Shown here: positions 21,589 through 31,037 of the stretch, piece by piece | How the letters are laid out: every line of letters starts with the position of its first letter | Numbering within the stretch: position 1 is the stretch's first letter | From: Alphaproteobacteria bacterium | GTDB lineage: Bacteria; Pseudomonadota; Alphaproteobacteria; SMXQ01 | Assembly: GCA_038131655.1 (NCBI GenBank) | Contig: JAYPPT010000004.1 | Coordinates: 56,767-120,766 of the forward strand | Reading direction: 5' to 3' | DNA: 64,000 bases | Made by a program: the position numbers and the translations under genes | The notes under the pieces: generated by a model | Database searches by the model: none | What the model was told of the DNA's origin: nothing | Seen by the model: only the letters and a program-made list of their open reading frames with translations

Positions 21589-22236
21589 ATGGAAAACGAA
21601 GCGGCGCCGCCCTGCCGCCTTTACCTGATTACGCCCGAACGGCTTGATCCCCTCGTCTTTCGCGACGATCTCGCCGCCGCGCTCGATGCGGGCGATGTCG
21701 CCTGCGTGCAGCTGCGCCTGAAAAACCTCGACGACGATGCGCTGCGCCGCGCCGCCGATTGCCTGTGCCCCGTCGCACAATCGCGTGACGTCGCCTTCAT
21801 CATGAACGACCGGCCCGACATCGCCCAGTCATCGGGCTGCGACGGCGTGCATATCGGACAGGACGACGGCAGCTATAAAGAGGCCCGCAACATCGTCGGG
21901 CCCAACGCCATCGTCGGCGTGACGTGCCACGATTCGCGCCACCTGGCGATCGAGGCCGCGGAACAAGGTGCGGATTACGTCGCCTTCGGCGCGTTTTATC
22001 CCACGACGACGAAGGACGCCAAGGGCCACCCGGACCCGGAAATCCTGACATGGTGGTCGGAGATGACGGAAGTGCCCTGCGTCGCCATCGGCGGCATTAC
22101 CGCCGCCAACTGCGCGCCGCTGCTCGCCGCGGGGGCCGACTTCATCGCCGTCATGGGCGCGGTGTGGAACCATCCGGACGGCCCGGCGGCAGGGGTGAAG
22201 GCGATGATTGAGGGGATTGGAAGAATTTCAGAATGA
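21589..22236 (+). CDS. thiE: thiamine phosphate synthase
   Basis: Trimmed to [17 protein letters not shown]. It carries the ...[15 protein letters not shown] and GAFYPTTTK...VAIGGI motifs of ThiE. The last ~8 codons (IEGIGRISE) lie in low-GC DNA. Confidence 0.85.
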   Translation: MENEAAPPCRLYLITPERLDPLVFRDDLAAALDAGDVACVQLRLKNLDDDALRRAADCLCPVAQSRDVAFIMNDRPDIAQSSGCDGVHIGQDDGSYKEARNIVGPNAIVGVTCHDSRHLAIEAAEQGADYVAFGAFYPTTTKDAKGHPDPEILTWWSEMTEVPCVAIGGITAANCAPLLAAGADFIAVMGAVWNHPDGPAAGVKAMIEGIGRISE

Positions 22237-23119
22237 TAATGACAAAAGTTGGCTTCCAACGATATTTAAAGTAGCGCGGGACCTCGGGTCAAATTTAACA
22301 CCGGTTGCCACAACTGGTGAGGTGCTGAATGGTTATGGCCCATCTATAGCACAAACAATCGATCGCGATTCCCCGCTTAACTTTGTGTTGCGAGTCGAGA
22401 TTGGTGACATTCTTGATGAAGACATCGATCTTAGAATTAGGGAAACCCTTTCCGCTCTTTCTTTGAGCCCATCTCAGTGTTTTGTCATTTTAGATTTTGG
22501 AGACGCCGACTTAACGGACGTAGAAGTTGCGACCGCAATCATAAAATCTGGAATCGAAACAATTCAATCCTTGGGCAATTGGAAACGGATAGTATTTCAA
22601 GGCACAAATTATCCAGAGAAAAATCCCGCGAGGGATGATGCTACCGCAATCGTTCCCCGCAATGAATTCCGTATTTGGTCAAAGATATGGGAAGACTCAG
22701 ACAACTATCGGCAGTGCCTGTTCGGCGATTTTGCGGCTGATAGCGCAAAGTTTAATTTTGGATCAGGCGGCGGAGGTTGGGTAATTCGCCATTTTCGTTA
22801 CTGTACTGCCGATAGGAATTGGATCGTAATAAGTGGGAAAGCTACCGACTCCTATAAGTATAAGGCCGCAATGACTTCCGTTAGCAATAGAATCCTTGCC
22901 AGCGGTAAATTTGCTGGAAAGGATTTTTCCTCAGCTGAGGACTACATTTATCAATTAGCCAAAGGAACAGGGGGGCCTGGCAACGCATCCACATGGCGTG
23001 AGATCAATGTAGCGCACCACGTAACTCAGGTGGTTCATGATCTTGGAAAACTTTATGGATTTAACGTGAATAAAGTTGCGGTCCGAGAATCAAGGACACA
23101 GAAATCGTTGTTCGATTAA
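22208..23119 (+). CDS. orphan low-GC protein, possibly Beta-protein family (Pfam PF14350, P4 gop-beta-cII), assigned from memory only; start uncertain (TTG 22208, TTG 22217 or GTG 22322)
   Basis: Uninterrupted 303-codon ORF with AT-rich codon usage. Counted lines 22381-22440 are 40% GC and 22801-22860 are 43% GC, against 78% for 22081-22140 in thiE. Motifs: [52 protein letters not shown]. It is followed by a terminator. Confidence 0.6.
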   Translation: MRGLEEFQNDNDKSWLPTIFKVARDLGSNLTPVATTGEVLNGYGPSIAQTIDRDSPLNFVLRVEIGDILDEDIDLRIRETLSALSLSPSQCFVILDFGDADLTDVEVATAIIKSGIETIQSLGNWKRIVFQGTNYPEKNPARDDATAIVPRNEFRIWSKIWEDSDNYRQCLFGDFAADSAKFNFGSGGGGWVIRHFRYCTADRNWIVISGKATDSYKYKAAMTSVSNRILASGKFAGKDFSSAEDYIYQLAKGTGGPGNASTWREINVAHHVTQVVHDLGKLYGFNVNKVAVRESRTQKSLFD

Positions 23120-23158
23120 AAAAACGCCGGAGCGATTTTCACCGCCCCGGCGCTTTTG
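23117..23158. terminator. bidirectional intrinsic terminator shared by the low-GC ORF and the convergent binding-protein gene
   Basis: An A7 tract, a 10-bp stem cgccggagcg/cgccccggcg (1 mismatch), then cttttg. Confidence 0.55.
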
Positions 23159-23176
23159 CATTCACTCACATGGCCG

Positions 23177-24436
23177 CTACTTGCAGCTGATGTTCTTGGC
23201 CTGACCGCCTTCACCGAAGTAATCGATGTCGCACATCATGCCGGCCTTGAGCGCGCTGCGCTTGGCCTTCTTGCCGTTGATCTTGATCTTGGTCTTCTTG
23301 CCGACGCGCATCTTGGCGGTTCCCGCACCGGCGGAAACTTCGAGCCGGCCCTTCTTCTTCACCGCCTTGATGACGCCCGCAATGCGAACCGTCTTGGCCT
23401 TGTCGAGCTTGCCCGGCGGGCGGATGGCAGCGCGCAGAAGCTCCTGCACGTTCTGCGGCGCGGCATAGGCTTCGGCCACGATGCCCGCGACCTTTTCACC
23501 CGACAGCGGCGCGATGTCCACGCGAGCCTTCTTCGCTTCCGCCAGCAGTTCCTTCGACGCAAAGGTATCGGCATAGCCCTTGCGCAACGTCGCCACCCGT
23601 TCGGCGGGCGTGCCCGGCGGCGCGTAGATCGGGTAACCGACATCATAGGCCGCCATCTTCAGCTTCAGCGCCGCCTTCTTCATCGGGTCTTCCACCGCGT
23701 CGATAATCAGCGGCACGCTGGCCGGCACGCCGGGATAGCGTTCAAGCCCCATCTGGTAAAGAAGCGTGACCTTCTTGTCGGTCAGCCAGTCGGGATGGCG
23801 GCTGGTGATGCCCGCCCAGGCGGTGGTCACGCGGCCTTCTGTCTCGCCGCGGATCATGGCGAGATCGATGTCCGAACCCGACGGGTAGCCGATGATGACC
23901 TTGTACTTGAAGCCCATCAGGTTGTTCATCACGAAGCCGTCCACGGTGCTGGATGAGCCCATGCCCGAAGACCCCACCACCGTGGTGTGCTTGCGCAGGT
24001 CCTGCCACTTCTTGATTTTCGACGTGTGCCAGGCGATGGACACGGCGACGAATTTCACCGGGCTGCCGATCCAGTTGAACTTGTTGGGATCGAATTTCGC
24101 CTTCGACTTCTTGCCGTAGAACAGCGGCGCGAAGGGGATGGAGTTGAGCGAGCTGCCCAGCTCCGTGCCGTCCTTGGGCGCCTGGTTATAGATATAGTTG
24201 GCCCCGACAAGGCCGCCCGCGCCGGTCTTGTTCTTGGCCAGCACCGTGGGGTTGCCCGGCAGGTGCTTGCCGAGATGGCGCGCGCCGAGCCGCCCCATCA
24301 GGTCGACCGAGCCGCCGGAGCCCGACGTGATGAACACGGTCACCTTTTTTCCCTTGTAGAAATCCGCCGCCGTCGCCGCACCGGTGCCGAGCACCAGCGC
24401 CGCGCCCGCGGCCAATGCGAAGGATACTGTTTTCAT
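23177..24436 (-). CDS. TctC/Bug-like periplasmic solute-binding protein with ~85-aa Lys-rich C-terminal extra domain
   Basis: 419 aa. Signal peptide MKTVSFALAAGAALVLGTGAATA. The core ADFYKGKKVTVFITSGSGGSVDLMGRLGARHL...GAGGLVGANYIY resembles TTT-family receptors. A paralogue lies at 52189..53235. No tctA/tctB genes are nearby. Confidence 0.65.
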   Translation of the reverse strand: MKTVSFALAAGAALVLGTGAATAADFYKGKKVTVFITSGSGGSVDLMGRLGARHLGKHLPGNPTVLAKNKTGAGGLVGANYIYNQAPKDGTELGSSLNSIPFAPLFYGKKSKAKFDPNKFNWIGSPVKFVAVSIAWHTSKIKKWQDLRKHTTVVGSSGMGSSSTVDGFVMNNLMGFKYKVIIGYPSGSDIDLAMIRGETEGRVTTAWAGITSRHPDWLTDKKVTLLYQMGLERYPGVPASVPLIIDAVEDPMKKAALKLKMAAYDVGYPIYAPPGTPAERVATLRKGYADTFASKELLAEAKKARVDIAPLSGEKVAGIVAEAYAAPQNVQELLRAAIRPPGKLDKAKTVRIAGVIKAVKKKGRLEVSAGAGTAKMRVGKKTKIKINGKKAKRSALKAGMMCDIDYFGEGGQAKNISCK

Positions 24437-24487
24437 GATCCATACTCCCTGTCTGTTATGGGTTTTACATGGTCCATCCGAATACGC

Positions 24488-26215
24488 TCACGCAGCCACA
24501 CGGGTGCTGCGCAGAAGTTTCCCCGGCAACGCGCCGGTGTGCTCATGCCCACGCAGCAACACCTGGCCGCCGACGATGGTTTCCTTGATGCCGATCGCAC
24601 GCTGGCGAATGCGCGCGGCACCGGTGGGAAGGTCATGCACTAGCGAGGGCAGTTCCGGCGCGATTGTCTGTGGGTCGAACACGACGATATCGGCGTGCCA
24701 GCCCGTGGCCAGCCGCCCGCGCCGTTCAAGCCCCCAGAAGGCGGCGATATCGAAGGTGATCTTGCGCACCGCCGCTTCTACCGTGATGGCGCCTTTTTGC
24801 CGCACCCAGTTGCCGAGCAGGTCCGCCTGCACCGGGTTGACGATGGTTTCCACATGCGCGCCGGAATCGCCGAAGGTCACCGCCGTGTTGGGGTGGCGCA
24901 GCATGGCGAGAACGTAATCCTGATCCTCGCAATTGGTGGGGGCGAGGAAGAACAGCTTCAAATCCTTTTCCAGCGCCAGGTCGATCACGGTGTCGAGCGG
25001 CTCCTGGTTCCGTTCGCGCGCGATTTCCGCCACCGAACGATAGGGCGGCAGCGTCCTGTCCATGGGGAAGTACCAGTTCCAGTCGATCTCGCGCAGCAGC
25101 ACGTTGTTGTAGGCCGGGTTGGTTTCACGCGCACGGTTGCGCGTCGCTTCCACCAGCCGCTTGCGGGTTTCCGGGTCGCGCAAGCCCTTGATCTGCTCCG
25201 CCAGCGGCAGCTTGCGGAACGGCTTCCACACCGGCGCCATGTCGTAGGGCATGAAGGTCTCGAACGAGCGCAGCGAGCCGTTCCACGCCGCCGTCGCCTG
25301 CACCAGCATCTTGCCGCCCGCCGCCGTCACTTCATCCACCATGGCGAACTGGTCGCGCCAGGTGTCGGTATTGCCACGGTTCGACCACGCGCCGCCGAAG
25401 GTGCAGGGCACGCGGGTCTCTATCGCCAGGTCGCGCATGCGTTTGATCTCGCCATGACGCACTTCCGGCTCGGCATTGATGACGCCGCGTGAAATCTCGA
25501 ACACGCCCTTCGGCCCGCGCCCGCGTTGGGGACGCATGATATCGACCAGCGCACGGATCTCCGACCAATCGGCGTAGCGGCTGGCGACCGGGCCGCCCGC
25601 CGCCGTGCGATGGTTGGCCGACGTGGTGGTGGAAAAGCCGACCGCGCCCGCATCCAGCGCGATTTCAACCTGGCACTGCATGGCTTTGATATCGTCTTCG
25701 CCCGCTTCCTCGCCGAAAGCGCGATCACCCATGACATAGGTGCGAATGGCGGAATGGCCGACATAGGTAGCGAAGTTGATGCCCTTGGGCAGGCGATCCA
25801 CCGCGTCCATGTAATCGGGGAATGTTTCCCAGCTCCAGTCGATGCCCGCTTCCATCGCACGCGGGGGAATTTCTTCCGCCATTTCCAGGTTGGTGAAGAC
25901 GCGGTCCTTGTGCGCTTCCGCGCAAGGGGCCAGGGTAAAGCCGCAATTGCCCATGACCGTCGAAGTGACGCCATGCCAGCAATCGTTGGTGCCGAGCGGG
26001 TCCCAGAAGACCTGGGCGTCGTAATGGGAATGGCCGTCGATGAAGCCGGGCGCCACGACGTGGCCTTCGGCGTCGATGACCTCTTGCGCGCTTTCGCCCG
26101 CAAGGTCGCCGATGGCGGCAATCATGCCGTCCTTCACCCCGACATCGGCGCGGAACCCGGGCAGGCCCGAGCCGTCCACCACCGTGCCGCCCCTGATCAA
26201 CAGGTCGTAGGCCAA
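24488..26215 (-). CDS. N-acyl-D-amino-acid deacylase (D-aminoacylase) family amidohydrolase
   Basis: 575 aa, TTG start preceded by GGGAGG. MAYDLLIRGGTVVDGSG...VVAPGFIDGHSHYD is the family-typical metal-binding N-terminus. Confidence 0.8.
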   Translation of the reverse strand: MAYDLLIRGGTVVDGSGLPGFRADVGVKDGMIAAIGDLAGESAQEVIDAEGHVVAPGFIDGHSHYDAQVFWDPLGTNDCWHGVTSTVMGNCGFTLAPCAEAHKDRVFTNLEMAEEIPPRAMEAGIDWSWETFPDYMDAVDRLPKGINFATYVGHSAIRTYVMGDRAFGEEAGEDDIKAMQCQVEIALDAGAVGFSTTTSANHRTAAGGPVASRYADWSEIRALVDIMRPQRGRGPKGVFEISRGVINAEPEVRHGEIKRMRDLAIETRVPCTFGGAWSNRGNTDTWRDQFAMVDEVTAAGGKMLVQATAAWNGSLRSFETFMPYDMAPVWKPFRKLPLAEQIKGLRDPETRKRLVEATRNRARETNPAYNNVLLREIDWNWYFPMDRTLPPYRSVAEIARERNQEPLDTVIDLALEKDLKLFFLAPTNCEDQDYVLAMLRHPNTAVTFGDSGAHVETIVNPVQADLLGNWVRQKGAITVEAAVRKITFDIAAFWGLERRGRLATGWHADIVVFDPQTIAPELPSLVHDLPTGAARIRQRAIGIKETIVGGQVLLRGHEHTGALPGKLLRSTRVAA

Positions 26216-26301
26216 ATCCGCCTCCCGTGCGAATTTTTCTTTTCATGTTAGGCGAAAAGGCGCGGGTTTGTCCCGGCCGCAATATTATATTTATATTACA
26301 A

Positions 26302-27384
26302 TCAGTTAGGTGGCGATACCGGGGCCCAGAGCACGTCTTCGATGGCGGCGGCACCTGTGGCCGCCATCACCAGCCGGTCGAAACCCATCGCCATGCCCGC
26401 CGCAGCGGGCATATGGGCAAGCGCCGCGAGGAAGTCCTCGTCCAGCGGCGCCGTGGCGCCGTAAAGGCGTTGCTGCTTGGCCCGGTCGGCGTCGAAGCGG
26501 CGGCGCTGCTCGGCGGCGTCGGTCAGCTCATTGAAGCCGTTGGCCAGTTCCAGCCCGGCGACATAAATCTCGACCCGGTCGGCGCAGCGCGGATCATGGG
26601 CCGACGCCCGCGCCAGCGCCGCCATCGACAGCGGCCATTCGGTCAGCGCCGTCGCCCGACCGATACCGAGACGCGGCTCTATGTGGCCGAGGAAAATATG
26701 AAAGAACAGGTCTTCCCAGTCGCCGCTGTCGGGGACGCTCAATCTCGCCTCACGCGCCGCCCGGCGCAGGTGCCCCGCATCGGGCGCCAGCGGATCGGGC
26801 GCGGTGGCCAGAATGTCGAGGCCCGCGTAGCGGGTAAAAGCCTCGGCCACGGTCAGCACTTCCGGCGCCGCCATCGGGTCGCACGCCGCACCTTGCCAGC
26901 GCAGGCCACGCCCGCGCAGGTCTTCGGGCACCGCCTGCCAGACCGCGCGCAGCAGGGCCGCCGCATCATCGATCAGCGCATCGGTGCCGGCGCCGGCGCG
27001 GTACCATTCCAGCATGGAAAATTCCGGGTGGTGGGTGGCGCTGCGTTCGCCGTCGCGGAATACGTGGGCGATCTGGAAGATGCGCGTTTCCCCTGCCGCC
27101 AGCAGCTTCTTCATGGTGAACTCGGGCGAAGTCTGCAGGTGCATTTCCCACGCCGTGCCGTCGAAGGGCGCGTGCAGCCGGGTGGCGAAGGATTTGAGGT
27201 GCGGCTCCATCCCCGGCGAAACCTGGAGCGCGGGCGTATCGACCTCTATAAAGCCCTCCGCCGCGAACCAGCCGCGCAAGCCCGCCAGCACGCGGGCCCG
27301 CGCCGCCAGCAGCGGGCGGCGGCGGGCGAAACGGTCACGATCCCACCACGCGGTTTCCCGCGCGCCTGATTTTCGACTATTCAT
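26302..27384 (-). CDS. epmA: EF-P lysine aminoacylase EpmA (GenX/PoxA)
   Basis: Trimmed to MNSRKSGARETAWWDRDRFARRRPLL...GFIEVDTPALQVSPGMEPHL. It is a class II LysRS-like catalytic core, divergent from epmB-efp. Confidence 0.85.
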   Translation of the reverse strand: MNSRKSGARETAWWDRDRFARRRPLLAARARVLAGLRGWFAAEGFIEVDTPALQVSPGMEPHLKSFATRLHAPFDGTAWEMHLQTSPEFTMKKLLAAGETRIFQIAHVFRDGERSATHHPEFSMLEWYRAGAGTDALIDDAAALLRAVWQAVPEDLRGRGLRWQGAACDPMAAPEVLTVAEAFTRYAGLDILATAPDPLAPDAGHLRRAAREARLSVPDSGDWEDLFFHIFLGHIEPRLGIGRATALTEWPLSMAALARASAHDPRCADRVEIYVAGLELANGFNELTDAAEQRRRFDADRAKQQRLYGATAPLDEDFLAALAHMPAAAGMAMGFDRLVMAATGAAAIEDVLWAPVSPPN

Positions 27385-27393
27385 AGGCGCATA

Positions 27394-28551
27394 ATGCCGA
27401 CGTCGCCCCACGCCGGTCAATTCACCGCCACCGGGAAGCCCGCCATGCCCGCCCCCAAGCCGACAATCGCATCCGCCCCACCTTCGGAAACGCTTCGCAG
27501 CGCCGACGAGCTTGCCCGCGCCGGACTGATCGAACCCGCCGACATCCCCGCGGTGCGCGCCGTGACCCGGCGCTACGCCGTCGCCGTGACCCCGGCGGTG
27601 CGCGACGCCATCGCGGCCGCGCCCGGTGACGCGCTGGCGCGCCAGTATGTGCCGAGCGCCGATGAACTGGTCATCGCCGGGGAAGAACTTCTCGATCCCA
27701 TCGGCGATGCGGCGCACGCGCCGGTAAAGGGAATCGTGCATCGCTACCCGGACCGGGTGCTTTTGAAGCCAATGCACGCCTGCGCCGTCTATTGCCGCTT
27801 CTGCTTTCGGCGCGAAGACGTGGGCCCCAGCGGCGATGCGCTGGACGGCGACGAACTGGCGGCGGCGCTCGCCTACATCCGCAACGACAAAAATATCTGG
27901 GAAGTGATCCTGTCGGGGGGCGATCCGCTATTGCTGTCGCCCAGGCGGCTGAAGGCGATTATCGGGGAACTGGCCCGGATGGATCATGTCGGGGTCATCC
28001 GCATCCATACACGCCTGCCGGTGGCCGATCCCGACCGGGTGACGGCGGAACGGGTGGCGGCGCTGAAATGCGCCAAGGCGGTTTACGTCGTCGTGCATTG
28101 CAACCACGCCGACGAGCTGACGGCCCCGGCGCGCGCCGCCTGTGCGCGGCTGGTGGACGCGGGCCTGCCGATGCTGGCCCAGACGGTCCTGCTGAAGGGC
28201 GTGAACGACGATGCCTTGCAGATGGAGCGGCTGTTGCGGGAACTGACGGCGGCGCGCATCAAGCCCTATTACCTGCACCACCCGGACCTGGCGCGGGGCA
28301 CCGGCCATTTCCGCACCACCCTGGCCCGTGGCCGGGCGCTGCTGCGCCGCCTGCGCGGGCGGCTTTCGGGGCTGGCCCAGCCGACCTACGTGCTCGACAT
28401 CCCCGGCGGCCACGGCAAGGTGCCCATCGGCCCCGATTACCTCAGCCGGGGGCCGGACGGCCGCTGGCGGGTGCGCGACCCCGCCGGACGCAGCCATCCC
28501 TACCCGCCCCGGCGCCAGGGTCCGCCTGCGCCTTGCGGGGGCGATGCCTAA
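27394..28551 (+). CDS. epmB: EF-P beta-lysylation protein EpmB (lysine 2,3-aminomutase-like radical SAM)
   Basis: 385 aa with the CAVYCRFCFRR radical-SAM cysteine triad and KamA-family context next to efp. Confidence 0.85.
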   Translation: MPTSPHAGQFTATGKPAMPAPKPTIASAPPSETLRSADELARAGLIEPADIPAVRAVTRRYAVAVTPAVRDAIAAAPGDALARQYVPSADELVIAGEELLDPIGDAAHAPVKGIVHRYPDRVLLKPMHACAVYCRFCFRREDVGPSGDALDGDELAAALAYIRNDKNIWEVILSGGDPLLLSPRRLKAIIGELARMDHVGVIRIHTRLPVADPDRVTAERVAALKCAKAVYVVVHCNHADELTAPARAACARLVDAGLPMLAQTVLLKGVNDDALQMERLLRELTAARIKPYYLHHPDLARGTGHFRTTLARGRALLRRLRGRLSGLAQPTYVLDIPGGHGKVPIGPDYLSRGPDGRWRVRDPAGRSHPYPPRRQGPPAPCGGDA

Positions 28552-28611
28552 CTGCTAGGTTCCGCCCGCTTTCGGGGCACGCCCCCACCCACAACATTCA
28601 TAAGCGCCAAC

Positions 28612-29178
28612 ATGAAGATCAACGCCAATCTCATCCGCCCCGGCAACGTGCTCGAACACAACGGCAAGCTGTGGAGCGTGCTCAAGATCCAGCTCATCCA
28701 GCCCGGCAAGGGTGGGGCCTTCATCGCCGTCGAAATGCGCGATGTTTTCACCGGCACCAAGACCAATGAACGCTGGCGCACCGCCGACACGGTGGAAAAG
28801 GCGATGGTCGACGAGATCGAGGCGACGTTCCTGTTCGCCGACGGCGACAACCTGACCTTCATGAACAGTGAAACCTTCGACCAGTTCTCCGTGCCGACGG
28901 AAGTCGTCGGCGACCCGGCCCAGTTCCTTCAGGACGGCATGGTAGTGACGGTGGAAATGATCGAGGGCAAGCCGGTGTCCGTGACCCTGCCCCAGACCGT
29001 GGTAATGACGCTGGTCGAAGCCGACCCGGTGGTCAAGGGCCAGACCGCGTCGTCGAGCTACAAGCCCGGCGTGCTGGAAAACGGCGCACGCATCATGATC
29101 CCGCCCCACGTGGCGTCCGGTACCCGTTTGGTGGTGAACACCGCCGACGGCACCTACGTCGAACGCGCCAAGGACTAA
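28612..29178 (+). CDS. efp: translation elongation factor P
   Basis: 188 aa with MKINANLIRPGNVLEHNGKLWSVLK...IQPGKGGAFIAVEMRD, including the modifiable Lys in the PGKG loop. Confidence 0.95.
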   Translation: MKINANLIRPGNVLEHNGKLWSVLKIQLIQPGKGGAFIAVEMRDVFTGTKTNERWRTADTVEKAMVDEIEATFLFADGDNLTFMNSETFDQFSVPTEVVGDPAQFLQDGMVVTVEMIEGKPVSVTLPQTVVMTLVEADPVVKGQTASSSYKPGVLENGARIMIPPHVASGTRLVVNTADGTYVERAKD

Positions 29179-29188
29179 GCGGCCGCAC

Positions 29189-30016
29189 ATGGCCAACAAA
29201 TCGCCGCTGATCAACGTGATGGAACGCGCCGCCCGCAAGGCGGGGCGCGGGCTGCTGCGCGACTTCGGCGAAGTGGAACAGCTCCAGGTCTCGGCCAAGG
29301 GACCGGGGGATTTCGTTTCCAACGCCGACCACAAGGCGGAACGGGTCCTTTACGAGGAACTTTTGCGGATGCGCCCGGACTTCGGCTTCCTGATGGAAGA
29401 ATCGGGCGAAAAGCCCGGCAAGGACGATGCCTACCGCTGGATCGTCGATCCGCTGGACGGCACCACCAACTTCCTGCACGGCATTCCGCACTTCTGCATT
29501 TCCATCGGCGTTGAAGCGCAATCGGTGCTGGGCGGCAAGCTGACCCGCGAAATCGTCGCGGGCATCGTCTATGACCCGGTTCATGACCAGACTTACTGGG
29601 CGGAAAAGGGCGCGGGCGCCTTTCTCAACGACCGCCGCATCCGGGTGTCGGGTCGCGTCGACCTCGCCACTTCCGTGATCGCCTCGGGCCTGCCGACGCT
29701 GGCGCGTGCCGATCACGACGAACACATTGCCCAGACCCGCGCCCTGATGGACAAGGTCGCCGGTCTGCGCCGCTTCGGCGCCGCCGCACTTGACCTCGCC
29801 TGGGTCGCGGCAGGACGCTACGACGGCTTCTGGGAACTGGCGCTGTCGCCTTGGGATATCGCCGCAGGCATCATCCTGGTGCGCGAAGCGGGCGGCACCA
29901 TTACCGAAATGGACGGCGGCACGGGCATGATGGCCTCGGGCTCGGTGCTGGCGAGCAACGGGCGGATGCACGTGCAATTGCAGGACATTCTGCGCAAATC
30001 TACCGAAAACTCCTGA
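29189..30016 (+). CDS. suhB: inositol monophosphatase family protein (SuhB-like)
   Basis: 275 aa with motifs FLMEESG and WIVDPLDGTTNFLHG, and a C-terminal WDIAAG. Confidence 0.85.
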   Translation: MANKSPLINVMERAARKAGRGLLRDFGEVEQLQVSAKGPGDFVSNADHKAERVLYEELLRMRPDFGFLMEESGEKPGKDDAYRWIVDPLDGTTNFLHGIPHFCISIGVEAQSVLGGKLTREIVAGIVYDPVHDQTYWAEKGAGAFLNDRRIRVSGRVDLATSVIASGLPTLARADHDEHIAQTRALMDKVAGLRRFGAAALDLAWVAAGRYDGFWELALSPWDIAAGIILVREAGGTITEMDGGTGMMASGSVLASNGRMHVQLQDILRKSTENS

Positions 30017-30141
30017 AGCAAGACGGTTGTGAGCCGCCCCGGCGTTGGTTTAAGGTTGCGCCGGGAGCCGCCAATTAAGCCCCAGCCGCCAAGGCTTTAA
30101 TCGCTTGCAGCCCAACGCTGCGCCGAGGAGACGCCGACACC

Positions 30142-30996
30142 ATGCCCGTCGCTCGCTTGCTTGCCATCTCGCCGGTCTTTGCTCTTGCCGTTCTGTTCGG
30201 CATGAACGCGACCGGCGCCCGCGCCCAGGATGACACCGTGATGATCGGTAGTCCCGGCGGCGGCGGCGTCACCGTCGATCTTTCCGTGCTTAATGATTTC
30301 GGCCGCCCCCAGGATGGCAGTGACGGCTTGCGCTTCCCCGGCAGCCCCGTCGGCCCCGAGGACGCGGTGCGTTTGCACCCGCCCGGCGCCAAGCCCGCGC
30401 TCAAGCGCCCGACCCGCAAGAAGCCGCGTCGCGCCAAGAAGAAAAAGCCCGCGACCCCGAAGCCCAAGGCCCCCGCCGTCGCCAAGGCGGCCCCGCCGCC
30501 GCCCACGCCCAGCCTGAGCCGCAGCGATGTGCCGCCGCCTCCGCCGCCGGCCGCCATGAAACCCGACCTGCCGCCGGTCACGCCCGCGCCGCGCACCGCC
30601 GTGGACCAGTCCAAGATCGCCCCGCCGCCGGAACAGACGGCCGCCCTGCCCAAGCCCCCCGCCGCCGATACGGCGTTCAAGGTCGGCACCACCCGCGCCA
30701 TTGCATTTGGCGCCGGCTCCGCCAGCCTGCCCGACGATGCCGCGGCGACGCTGAAAGCGGCCGCGGATTTGCTCAAGGCCGACAATTCCCTCCGGGTCCA
30801 GATCAAGGCCTACGCGACCGGTGAAAAAGACAACGAATCGAAGGCCCGGCGCCTGTCGCTGTCGCGCGCGCTCGGCGTGCGCTCGGTCCTGATCAAGGAA
30901 GGTGTGCAACCCACCCGCATTGATGTGCGTGCACTCGGCAGCCAGGTCCCCGATGGCGCCGCCGACCGCGTTGACCTGTCCGTAGTGGCGCGCTGA
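30142..30996 (+). CDS. secreted OmpA-like (peptidoglycan-binding) protein with Pro-rich linker
   Basis: 284 aa. Signal peptide ...FGMNATGARAQ, a PPPPTP/PPPPPPAA linker and a C-terminal OmpA_C-like block (RVQIKAYATGEKDNESKARRLSLSRALGVRSVLIKEGV...RIDVRALG). Confidence 0.7.
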   Translation: MPVARLLAISPVFALAVLFGMNATGARAQDDTVMIGSPGGGGVTVDLSVLNDFGRPQDGSDGLRFPGSPVGPEDAVRLHPPGAKPALKRPTRKKPRRAKKKKPATPKPKAPAVAKAAPPPPTPSLSRSDVPPPPPPAAMKPDLPPVTPAPRTAVDQSKIAPPPEQTAALPKPPAADTAFKVGTTRAIAFGAGSASLPDDAAATLKAAADLLKADNSLRVQIKAYATGEKDNESKARRLSLSRALGVRSVLIKEGVQPTRIDVRALGSQVPDGAADRVDLSVVAR

Positions 30997-31037
30997 ACGT
31001 AATAACGGTCCCCAGGGCCAGAAGAACCGGCAAACCC

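Noticed and set aside
27792-28769. 325-aa plus-strand ORF in an alternative frame of epmB
   Set aside because: It is an Arg/Pro/Gly-rich translation overlapping the in-frame radical-SAM protein EpmB. It is an alternate-frame artefact.
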